The notes beneath the pieces were generated by a model. It ran no database searches, was not told the origin of the DNA, and saw only the letters and a list, made by a program, of their open reading frames with translations. The translations under genes were made by a program, and so were the position numbers. A DNA stretch of 64,000 bases, from the NCBI GenBank assembly GCA_963715245.1, contig CAVQRM010000001.1, positions 1,218,373 through 1,282,372 on the forward strand. Direction: 5' to 3'. Shown here piece after piece: positions 8,255 through 16,627 of the stretch (positions within the stretch are counted from its first letter, which is position 1; each line of letters starts with the position of its first letter). Source of the DNA: an uncultured Chloroflexia bacterium. Its GTDB lineage: Bacteria > Chloroflexota > Limnocylindria > Limnocylindrales > CSP1-4.

Positions 8255-9094
8255 ATGCTGTCCGTCACACGCAAGGTGAACCGTCCGATGCGCCTCCTGC
8301 CCGCGCTGAGCCTCTCGCTCGCCGCCGTCCTCACCCTCGCCGCCTGCTCGTCGGGCGCCGGCGGGGCCACCCCTTCCGCAGTACCGGCCTCGCCTGGCGG
8401 CGGGAGCCTCGCCACGTCCGCGGACCTCGATGGGCGCACGTTCCTGTCCACCGACGTCGAGGGCTACACGCTCGCGCCCGGGTCGCAGATCCAGCTCACC
8501 TTCGAGGGCGTCCGGCTCGGGGTCTCGGCGGGCTGCAACCAGATGGGCGGCGAGTACAGCCTGACGGACGGCGTCCTGGAGCTGGGTCCGATGGCGTCGA
8601 CCGAGATGGCGTGTGAGGAGCCGCTCATGAGCCAGGACGCGTGGATCGCGGCCTTCCTTCCCGGTGCGCTCGCAACGATCGCCGAGGACTCGCTCACCCT
8701 GGCCAGGGACGGCGTCACGCTCACGCTGCTCGACGAGGAGGTCGCGAGCCCGGACCGCCCGCTCGAGGGGACGCGCTGGGTCGTCGACGGGATCGTCACG
8801 GCCGATGCCGTCTCGAGCGTTCCCGTCGGGGCCACGGCGGCGCTCACGTTCGACGGTGGGACTGTGAGCGTCGAAGCGGGCTGCAACTCGGGGAGCGGCA
8901 CCTACGAGTCCGGCGACGGGACGGTCACCTTCGGCCCGATCGGCACGACGAAGATGGCCTGTGCGGACGACGTGATGGCGCTCGAGACCGCGGTGCTCCT
9001 GGCCCTGGCCGGAGAGGCCAACTACACGATCGACACCGACACGCTCACGCTCCAGAACGGCGCCAACGGTCTCGTGCTCAAGGCAGCCGCCTGA
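8255..9094 (+). CDS. lipoprotein with two META (HslJ-like) domains
   Basis: Lipobox LTLAAC follows MLSVTRKVNRPMRLLPALSLSLAAV (alternative ATG at 8288). The module GCNQMGGEYSL...MASTEMAC / GCNSGSGTYES...GTTKMAC is duplicated. Confidence 0.85.
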   Translation: MLSVTRKVNRPMRLLPALSLSLAAVLTLAACSSGAGGATPSAVPASPGGGSLATSADLDGRTFLSTDVEGYTLAPGSQIQLTFEGVRLGVSAGCNQMGGEYSLTDGVLELGPMASTEMACEEPLMSQDAWIAAFLPGALATIAEDSLTLARDGVTLTLLDEEVASPDRPLEGTRWVVDGIVTADAVSSVPVGATAALTFDGGTVSVEAGCNSGSGTYESGDGTVTFGPIGTTKMACADDVMALETAVLLALAGEANYTIDTDTLTLQNGANGLVLKAAA

Positions 9095-9121
9095 GACCCG
9101 AGCCGCTCGACGGCGCCTGCG

Positions 9122-10684
9122 TCACGCCTCGGGCGGGTAGCCAGTGATCCGCCGGATCTCCGCGTACAGGGGCTGGAGCCGCTCGTACAGCTTGAGGTAG
9201 ACGTTCCGGTACAGGTCGTCGTAGACGGCACGGGCGGCCGGGTCGGGGTCCCGCGTCTCCGCGATCCGTGTCATGGCGGCGACCGCTGCGTCGAACGACG
9301 GGTGCAGCCCCAGGCCGACGGCCGCGTCGATCGCGGCCCCGAGGCCCGACGTCTCGGGCGTGTGTGGCCGGGCTGTGGGCAGGCCGAAGACGTCCGCGGT
9401 GAGCTGGACCGCCGCCGGGCTCTGCGACCCGCCGCCCGACACGCGCAGTTCCGTGATCGGGACGCCCGTCCGCTTGACCGTTCGATCGGCGCCCTCGCGC
9501 AGGGCGTACGCGAGACCCTCGATGATCGCCCGGTACAGGTGTGCCCGCGTGTGCACGTCGCCCCACCCGATGACCGCACCCTTCGCTTCAGGACCCGGAA
9601 TCCTGACGCCGGGCGACCAGTAGGGCTGGAGCACGAGACCCATGGCGCCGGGCGGCGTGGCGGCGAGCAGGTCGTCGAACAGCGTCTCCGGCTCCACGCC
9701 GGCCGCGAGGGCCCGGGCCACCTCCTCGCCACCGAACTCGCGCTTGAACCACTCGATCATCCAGTAGCCGCGGAACACCTGGACCTCGAGGCTGTACGCC
9801 CCGGGCACGGCGGCCGGGTACGGCGGCACGATCGGGATGACCTCCACGTACCGGCGGTGCGTCGTGTTGATCGAGGCCGTCGTGCCCAGCGAGATCGCCC
9901 CGATGTGTGGCTCCAGGGCACCAGACCCCAGCACCTCGCATGCCTTGTCGCCCGCGGCAGCGACAAGGGGCAGGCCCACGGGGATCCCGGTGGCATCCGA
10001 CGCGGCGGCCGAGATCGTGCCGAGCGTCGATCCCGGCGCAACGAGGTCCGGCAGCCACTCCCGGCGGATCGGGACCGCCTGCCACTTCCAGTCGCCGTCG
10101 GCGGCCCAGGCGAGGCGCTTGTAGTCGAACGGCAGGTACCCCACCTGCGCCGCGACCGAGTCCGCGAACCGGCCGGTCAGGCGGTGGACGAGGAACCCGG
10201 AGAGCAGCAGGTATCGGCGGACCAGCGCCCAGGCCTCTGGCTCCTCCCGGGCGAGGACGTTGGCCTCGGCATCCGCCATGAAGGTCGCGACGGTGTCGGT
10301 TACGCCGGCGGCCTTGAACATCAGGCCCCACTTCCCGCCGATCCTCGGCAGGCCCTCCGCCCGGCACCGGTCGAGCCAGACCATCGCCCGCCGGAGCGGC
10401 TCGCCTGCCTCGTCGGTGATGACCACCGTACCGCGCTGCGTCGTCAGGGCCACGCCCGCGAGCGCGTCGCGCCGGGTCCCCGGCATCGCCCACAGCCGGC
10501 GGCACGCCTCGCCGATCGAGCGCCAGTAGAGGTCGGCGTCCTGCTCGCAGCACCCGGGTGGTCCGGGCACGTACGGCTCGATCGGCACCTTGGCCAGCGC
10601 CTCGATGGTGCCGCGGGGGTCGAACACCATCGCCCGCACGCTCTGGGTGCCGACATCGATCGCGAGGATCCGGTCGCCGGCCAT
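9122..10684 (-). CDS. FGGY-family carbohydrate kinase
   Basis: N-terminal ILAIDVGTQSVRAMVFD, then AAAGDKACEVLGSG, then C-terminal VSGGGSQSPAAVQLTADVFGLP. These are FGGY signatures across the full length. Confidence 0.9.
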   Translation of the reverse strand: MAGDRILAIDVGTQSVRAMVFDPRGTIEALAKVPIEPYVPGPPGCCEQDADLYWRSIGEACRRLWAMPGTRRDALAGVALTTQRGTVVITDEAGEPLRRAMVWLDRCRAEGLPRIGGKWGLMFKAAGVTDTVATFMADAEANVLAREEPEAWALVRRYLLLSGFLVHRLTGRFADSVAAQVGYLPFDYKRLAWAADGDWKWQAVPIRREWLPDLVAPGSTLGTISAAASDATGIPVGLPLVAAAGDKACEVLGSGALEPHIGAISLGTTASINTTHRRYVEVIPIVPPYPAAVPGAYSLEVQVFRGYWMIEWFKREFGGEEVARALAAGVEPETLFDDLLAATPPGAMGLVLQPYWSPGVRIPGPEAKGAVIGWGDVHTRAHLYRAIIEGLAYALREGADRTVKRTGVPITELRVSGGGSQSPAAVQLTADVFGLPTARPHTPETSGLGAAIDAAVGLGLHPSFDAAVAAMTRIAETRDPDPAARAVYDDLYRNVYLKLYERLQPLYAEIRRITGYPPEA

Positions 10685-10688
10685 CGGC

Positions 10689-12308
10689 CTAGCCCTGCGG
10701 TTCCGGGAGGAGCACGCCCGGGTTCATCAGTCCCTCGGGGTCGAAGGTGCGCAGCACTGCGTCGAGGGCGGCCATGCCGAGCGGGCCCTTCTCCGCGGCG
10801 AGGTACGGCGCATGGTCGGTGCCGACGCCGTGATGGTGGCTGATCGTCGCACCCTCGGCCGAGATCATGTCCGAAGCCGCGCGCTTGATCGTCCGGGCCC
10901 GGTCGAGGGCCTCATCGGGATCCGCCCCGAGGCGGAACAGGTACGTGAGGTAGAGGCTCGACCCCGACGGGTACGTGTGCGACAGGTGGGTGAACACGTG
11001 GACCCGCTCCCCGCGAAGGGCGAGGGCCGACGAGATCGTCGCCTCGACCCGGGCCACGAGGCCCGGGAGATGCGTCCAGTCGGTCGCGGTCTCGAGGGTC
11101 TCCGCCCCGTATCCCGCGGCGAGGAGCTCGTTGCGCAGGTACGGCGAACGGAACCGGGCGCGATGCCAGGCATCCGCGAGGACCGGCAGCCGGACCCCGC
11201 CGTGGGCTCGCAGCGTGGAGGCCGCCTCGGAGCGGACGGCCTTCACGGTCCGCTTCGCCCCCGACGCCCCCACGAGCAGGAGCGCCCAGTCCCTGGGATG
11301 GCGACGCGCCCGCAGGTACGCGGACAGCGCCTTCGTCTGGGACGGCCGGTCAGCGAACGCCAGCAGCGCGCGCGTCTCGGCCGGGGTGGAGAGCCGGAGC
11401 GACGTGAGGCCCGGGCGCGTCCGTGACAGCGTGTGGGTCGCCTCGAGCCCCTCGCTCCAGCCCGGCATCGCCCAGGCCTCGAAGCGGTCGACTTCGGGCA
11501 GCGGCGTCACCCTGAGGATCACGTCGGTGAGGAAGCCGAGCCGTCCCTCCGAGCCCAGGACGAGCTGGCGCAGGTCCGGCCCGGCGGCCGATGCCGGGTA
11601 CGGCGCCATGGACAGCGTGCCGGCCGGCGCCTCGAGCGTGCCGCCCGCATACAGCGCCTCGATCCGCCCGGCACCCAGGCTGCGGAGCCCGGACCCGCGC
11701 GCCGCGACCCACCCGCCGATCGTCGCGAGCTCCCAGGACTGCGGCTCATGGCCGACCGTCAGCCCGTGAGGCGCGAGCGCGCCCGCGAGGTCAGGCCCGC
11801 TCGTGCCGGCTCCGGCCGTGACGAGGCCGCTGCGCTCGTCGAGGCTCGTGACACCTGAGAGCCGGCCGAGATCCACGGTGATCACCGGGTCCGGAGCCGG
11901 CCGGACGCTGACGCCGCCGACGACGCTCGTCCCACCGCCGTACGGGATCAGGCGCGCGCCAACCGCCGCGGCGTGGACGAGCAGGGCACGGACCTCCGTT
12001 GCGTCGCTCGGCGTCGCAACGGCATCCGGGACCGCGTCGAGGCGGCCGTTTCGCAGGCTCAGGAGGTCGGGGAGCGACTGGCCGCGTGCCCGGCGAACGC
12101 GGAGCTCGGGTTCGAGGTCGAGGAGCGGGTGCGCCGCGAGGCGCGACGGCGGCACGGCCGCGATGACGTCGTCGAGCGTCTCCGCGCGGGTGGGCATCGA
12201 GACGCCAACCCGGTTCTCGAGGTGGCGGCGGCCGGCGGCGCCGAGCCGGGTGCCGTCGCCCTCGAAGCCCCAGCCGTCCCACCGTCGCATGGGCCCATCG
12301 TGCCCCAT
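10689..12308 (-). CDS. FAD-binding oxidase (alkyl-DHAP synthase / glycolate oxidase-like)
   Basis: Start ATG 12308 (alternative ATG 12290, MRRWDGWGF). FAD-binding PCMH motif IPYGGGTSVVGG. C-terminal ISHHHGVGTDHAPYL. The stop is 4 nt before the FGGY start. The 236 codons upstream in the track ORF are junk. Confidence 0.9.
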   Translation of the reverse strand: MGHDGPMRRWDGWGFEGDGTRLGAAGRRHLENRVGVSMPTRAETLDDVIAAVPPSRLAAHPLLDLEPELRVRRARGQSLPDLLSLRNGRLDAVPDAVATPSDATEVRALLVHAAAVGARLIPYGGGTSVVGGVSVRPAPDPVITVDLGRLSGVTSLDERSGLVTAGAGTSGPDLAGALAPHGLTVGHEPQSWELATIGGWVAARGSGLRSLGAGRIEALYAGGTLEAPAGTLSMAPYPASAAGPDLRQLVLGSEGRLGFLTDVILRVTPLPEVDRFEAWAMPGWSEGLEATHTLSRTRPGLTSLRLSTPAETRALLAFADRPSQTKALSAYLRARRHPRDWALLLVGASGAKRTVKAVRSEAASTLRAHGGVRLPVLADAWHRARFRSPYLRNELLAAGYGAETLETATDWTHLPGLVARVEATISSALALRGERVHVFTHLSHTYPSGSSLYLTYLFRLGADPDEALDRARTIKRAASDMISAEGATISHHHGVGTDHAPYLAAEKGPLGMAALDAVLRTFDPEGLMNPGVLLPEPQG

Positions 12309-12376
12309 CGCGGGGCGCCAGATCGGCCGCCCGCGCAGCGGCAGGCCGCCGAGGGGCCCGGTCAGACGGGGCCCGG

Positions 12377-13261
12377 TCAGACGGGGGGCCAGGGGAGGGC
12401 GGGTCGGCGCGGGTCGGGGTGGGGGAAGGTGCCAGCCTCCAGGAGGAACGCGATCCGCCGGGCGGTGGCGCGTACCTCGATCGGGTCGAGGAGGTCGTGG
12501 AGGTCGTCCCCGAGCCTCCCGTCCAGGCCGGCCTGCAGGTGCCGGAGGACGTCCGTCTCGCCGTCGGTGAACCGCTCGCCGCGCCAGCCCCAGAGCACGG
12601 TCCGGAGCTTCGGGACCGGCGAGAAGGTGACCCCGTGGTCGACGCCGTAGACGTGCCCGCCGGGAACGGGGATGAGGTGGCCGGCCTTGCGGTCCGTGTT
12701 GTTGACGACGGCATCGAAGACCGCCATCCGGCGCAGCCGGTCGTCGGCGTTGACGACCAGCTCGACGGGGTCGACCGTCTCGTCCGCCCGGATCCAGAGC
12801 TGGATCATGCCCTCGCCGAACGGGCCGTCGCGGAGGACCGTCGGCGGGACGATGTTCCAGGGCGTCGCCTGGGAGGCGACGAATGCTGCGACCTCGCGCC
12901 GGGCGAGGGTGCCGTCCGGAAAGTCGTCGAGCGGCCGTTCGCCCATGAGGGGCTTGTAGATGCACGCCGCCACGAGATCGGGCTCGGGATCCGGGCACGG
13001 CCGCGTCGCGAGGCACAGCAAGGCGTTGTTCGACGAGGCCCAGAGCTGGCCGACGACCGACAGCTCGCCCGTGCGCAGCAGGTCGAGGGCCGTATCCACG
13101 GGCAGCACCGGCATCGGCAGGCCGAGCGCGTCGATCGATGCCGTGCCGGGCTCGTCGTCTGACCCGTCGTCGAGCTCAGGCCCGTCTCCCCCGATGCCGT
13201 GCGCGCGGGGCTCCGCCACCTCGTCGTCGGGATGGCGGCGCGGGGCCTCGGGCTCGTCCAC
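12377..13261 (-). CDS. SCO1664-family protein (PI3/4-kinase-like fold)
   Basis: GTG at 13261 lies 8 nt after the DUF3090 stop. Core: LCLATRPC...ACIYKPLMGERPLDDFPDGTLARREVAAF...VFDAVVNNTDRKAGHLI...VYGVDHGVTF. The acidic/Pro-rich N-terminal tail makes the exact start uncertain. Confidence 0.8.
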   Translation of the reverse strand: MDEPEAPRRHPDDEVAEPRAHGIGGDGPELDDGSDDEPGTASIDALGLPMPVLPVDTALDLLRTGELSVVGQLWASSNNALLCLATRPCPDPEPDLVAACIYKPLMGERPLDDFPDGTLARREVAAFVASQATPWNIVPPTVLRDGPFGEGMIQLWIRADETVDPVELVVNADDRLRRMAVFDAVVNNTDRKAGHLIPVPGGHVYGVDHGVTFSPVPKLRTVLWGWRGERFTDGETDVLRHLQAGLDGRLGDDLHDLLDPIEVRATARRIAFLLEAGTFPHPDPRRPALPWPPV

Positions 13262-13269
13262 CGGTCCGG

Positions 13270-13833
13270 TCAGTTCAGGAGCGGGCCGTGGCCGTTGCGG
13301 CGCGGGCAGAGGTGGCCCTGGGGGTCCAGCGGCTGGCCGCACAACGGGCACGGCGGCCGACCGGATCCGATGACGCGGATCGCGCGGGCGACGAACTCAC
13401 GGGCCGCCAGCGGCGTGAACCGGACGCGGAGGAAGTCGGGGCCCTCCTCGTCCTCGTCGTCGAAGCCCTCCTCGTCCTCGTCCTCCTCCTCCGCGATCTC
13501 ACGCGCTTCGACGAGGACGAGGTCGTCCTGCGTGTCCCAGCCCATCGACAGCGTCCCGACCCGGAACGCCTCGTTGATGGGCTCGTCGAGCGTGCCCGGG
13601 GCCGTGTCGAGCGGCTGGTCGGCGTCCGCGCCCTCGATGCCACGCTTCTCAAGCTCGTCGAGGAGCTCGGTGAGACGCTGCGCGAGGGCCGCGACCTGGA
13701 CCTTCTCGAGCGCGACCGACACGATCCTCGCGCCGTCGCGCGCCTGCAGGAAGAACGTGCGGTTGCCCGGTTCGCCGACCGTGCCGGCGAGGAAGCGGTC
13801 GGGGTTGTCGAAGAGGAAGCGGCGTCGTGTCAT
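13270..13833 (-). CDS. DUF3090 domain protein
   Basis: ATG 13833. MTRRRFLFDNPDRFLAGTVGEPGNRTFFLQARDG..., an acidic linker, and C-terminal CPLCGQPLDPQGHLCPRRNGH are typical of DUF3090. Confidence 0.85.
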   Translation of the reverse strand: MTRRRFLFDNPDRFLAGTVGEPGNRTFFLQARDGARIVSVALEKVQVAALAQRLTELLDELEKRGIEGADADQPLDTAPGTLDEPINEAFRVGTLSMGWDTQDDLVLVEAREIAEEEDEDEEGFDDEDEEGPDFLRVRFTPLAAREFVARAIRVIGSGRPPCPLCGQPLDPQGHLCPRRNGHGPLLN

Positions 13834-13931
13834 CCGTACCTGGGCGCGGTGGGTGGGCCGGCGGGCGCCGGGAGAGCAGAGCGTACCGGATGGCCCCGGA
13901 GGCGGTGTCGGGCAGCCCCGCTCGCGGTTCG

Positions 13932-15554
13932 CTATGCGACCCGCACCGACACCCGGTGGTGACCGCGGGCGCCGTCCGGGTCGGGGCGCGTCACGCGGTC
14001 GGTCTGGACCTCGCCCGCGCCGTCGGTCGCGCGGACCGCGAGGACGTGGTCCCCGGAGGTGGCCTGCCAGGTCCACTTCCACTGCACCCAGGTCTGGGGC
14101 CCGATCGGCGTCGCGATCACGGCCTCCTCCCACGGCCCGTCATCCACCGAGACCTCGACCCGGGCGATGCCCCGGTCGGGGGCCCATGCGACGCCCGCGA
14201 CGGCAACGGGTCCGGCCGTGACCTGCGCCGAGCCGTTGGGCACGTCGATGCGGGACTGCGTCAGGATTGGAGCCTCCTTGGCCCAGCCCCGCGGCACCCA
14301 GTACGCGTCGAACGCCTCGAGCGTCGTCAGCTCGATGTCGCTCAGCCACTTCGTCGCGGATACGTAGCCGTAGAGCCCAGGGACGATGAGCCGCGCGGGG
14401 AAGCCGTGGGCAGCAGGCAGCGGCTCGTCGTTCATCTTCACCGCGATCAGCGCGTCCCGGGGCCGCTCCGGTGCGGTCACCCACTCGGTCGGGAAGCCCG
14501 CGGTCCACCCGTCCACCGACCGCGGCACGATCTGTGTCGCCTCGGGCAGGACGTCGGCCATCGCGAGGACGTCCGTGAGGCGCACGCCCGTCCACTTCGC
14601 GTTGCCGACGAGCCGTCCACCGACCTCGTTCGAGACGCAGGCGATGGTCACGTACTGCTCGACGAGCGGGAGCTCCAGGAGCTGCTCGAAGTTGAGCGAG
14701 ATCTCGTTGCGGACCATGCCGTGGACGCGGAGGTTCCACGTCGCGATGTCCACCGCCGGGGTCACGAGCGCCGTGTCGATCCGGTAGAACTCGCCGTTGG
14801 GGACGACGAGCGGCGTCAGGCCGGCGACGGCGAACGAGGACTCGGGACCGGGCGGGAGGACGGGCTCCGCGGCCTGCGGGATCGTCGCGTCGACGCTCGC
14901 AACCTGGACCGCCCGGCCATCGACGAGTGCCCGGCCGATCCCGCCCGCGACGACGGCGAGTCCGCCCAGGACGCCCGCCCGGACCAGGAACCCGCGGCGG
15001 GACCTGCCGGCCGCGGTGGCCACACCAGCCGTGTCCGCGACGGCGCCGTCGGTCGACACGGTCGTGCGCGGCGCGGCGGCGAGCAGGACCGTGAGCACCT
15101 GGATCCCCAGCCCGGCCTGGAGCGCCGCGGACAGCAGGACCATCGTGATCTCGGACTCCGGCAGGCGGAGCGACGCGAGGGCCCCGACGCCGACGAGGGC
15201 GAGGATCCCGACGATCGCGGCTCCGGGCCTCGCTCGACCGAGGATGCCCAGGCCGGCCCCGATCAGCAGCACGGTCGCCGTCACGAGCAGCAGGACCGCG
15301 GGCTTGTCGTTGGTCCCGAAGATCGCCACGACGATCTCCTTGGACCCGGGCGGGGCGAAGTCGATGACCGCCGCGCCGACGGCCGCAACCGGCGACGGTG
15401 CCCCGGTGATCACGGCGGCGAAGAACTCGCCCGTCGCGAGCGCGACCGCGGCGGCGATCATCCCGGCGAGCGCCGCGAACCGGCGCGGGACGAGCGCGCG
15501 CTGCGCGGTGGTGGTCGTCGGGACCGGGTCGAGCGCGGTGGTGGTCGTGTTCAT
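13932..15554 (-). CDS. membrane-anchored molybdopterin-dependent (sulfite-oxidase family) oxidoreductase
   Basis: ATG 15554 (MNTTTTALD). Several N-terminal TM helices. Catalytic domain motifs: FYRIDTAL, YVTIACVSNEVGG, GWTAGFP, GFPARLIVPGLYGYVSATKWL, plus an Ig-like dimerisation tail. Confidence 0.9.
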   Translation of the reverse strand: MNTTTTALDPVPTTTTAQRALVPRRFAALAGMIAAAVALATGEFFAAVITGAPSPVAAVGAAVIDFAPPGSKEIVVAIFGTNDKPAVLLLVTATVLLIGAGLGILGRARPGAAIVGILALVGVGALASLRLPESEITMVLLSAALQAGLGIQVLTVLLAAAPRTTVSTDGAVADTAGVATAAGRSRRGFLVRAGVLGGLAVVAGGIGRALVDGRAVQVASVDATIPQAAEPVLPPGPESSFAVAGLTPLVVPNGEFYRIDTALVTPAVDIATWNLRVHGMVRNEISLNFEQLLELPLVEQYVTIACVSNEVGGRLVGNAKWTGVRLTDVLAMADVLPEATQIVPRSVDGWTAGFPTEWVTAPERPRDALIAVKMNDEPLPAAHGFPARLIVPGLYGYVSATKWLSDIELTTLEAFDAYWVPRGWAKEAPILTQSRIDVPNGSAQVTAGPVAVAGVAWAPDRGIARVEVSVDDGPWEEAVIATPIGPQTWVQWKWTWQATSGDHVLAVRATDGAGEVQTDRVTRPDPDGARGHHRVSVRVA

Positions 15555-15739
15555 CTGCCGGTGGTTCGCACGGACCGGGCCAGCGGATCGTCGGTGAGCA
15601 TGCACCCAGTCTCGCCCAAGGATCGTGACGCTGCGATGACGAGCCCGTCGCCTCGCCGGTCCATCGGCGGGGATACGATCGTGCAGGACCGGCTCCGTGC
15701 CGCCGGGCGTGGCCGGCCTGCCCGCTTCGAGGTGCCCTC

Positions 15740-16627
15740 GTGTCGCTCGTGCCGCGGTTCGGCCTGTTCATGAGCCAGGCGAACAAGCCCTGGAGCCAGG
15801 TGCTCGACGAGTTCGCGATGGCCGAGGCCATCGGGTTTGACACCGCATGGCTCGTCGACCACCTCGTGGACACGGATGGACCGCCCGAGCACCCGTGCCT
15901 CGAGGCGTGGACGCTGCTCGCCGCGATCGCTGCCAGGACGTCGCGGATCCGGATCGGCGTCCTCGTGAGCAGCAACACGTTCCGCCACCCGTCGCTGCTG
16001 CTCAAGCAGGCGGTCACGGTGGACCACGTGAGCGATGGCCGCCTCATCCTCGGGATCGGCACCGGCTGGCACGAGGACGAGCACCACCGGTACGGGTTGG
16101 CGCTGCCGCCACGCGTGGAGCGCGTGGACCGGCTTGAGGAGGCCGTCGAGATCGCCGTCCGGCTCCAGGAGGAGCCGAGCCTCACGTTCCGGGGCCGGTT
16201 CTACGAGCTCGACGACGCGGTGTTCGAGCCGCGTCCGGTCCAGCGGCCGCACATCCCGCTCCTCATCGCTGCGCATCGGCCGCGGATGATCCGGCTGGCA
16301 GCCCGGTTCGCGGACCAGTGGGACACGTTCCCGGAGCTCGCGGGCGCGGCGACCGAGGGGGTCACGACGTCCGTCGGGGAGCGACTCGCGGCGTTCGAGG
16401 CGGCGGCGCGGGCCTCGGGCCGCGATCCTGGGACCATCCGGCGCTCCGTGTGGGGTCTCGCGGACACCGTCGCAAGCGAGGCCGCGTACGAGGCGTTCGT
16501 CCGCCGTCACCTGGAGCTCGGCTTCACGGACGTTTCCGTCGTGCCGCTCGGCGTCCCGCGGGCACGGCTGGAGGCGATCGCGGAGCGGGTGCTGCCCCGG
16601 CTGCGCGCGGAGTTTGGCCCGGGCTAG
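15740..16627 (+). CDS. LLM-class (luciferase-like) F420/flavin-dependent oxidoreductase
   Basis: PRFGLFMSQ...FDTAWLVDHL...EAWTLLAAIAARTSRIRIGVLVSSNTFRHPSLLLKQAVTVDHVSDGRLILGIGTGW is the LLM signature. GTG start at 15740 (alternative GTG 15749). Confidence 0.9.
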   Translation: MSLVPRFGLFMSQANKPWSQVLDEFAMAEAIGFDTAWLVDHLVDTDGPPEHPCLEAWTLLAAIAARTSRIRIGVLVSSNTFRHPSLLLKQAVTVDHVSDGRLILGIGTGWHEDEHHRYGLALPPRVERVDRLEEAVEIAVRLQEEPSLTFRGRFYELDDAVFEPRPVQRPHIPLLIAAHRPRMIRLAARFADQWDTFPELAGAATEGVTTSVGERLAAFEAAARASGRDPGTIRRSVWGLADTVASEAAYEAFVRRHLELGFTDVSVVPLGVPRARLEAIAERVLPRLRAEFGPG

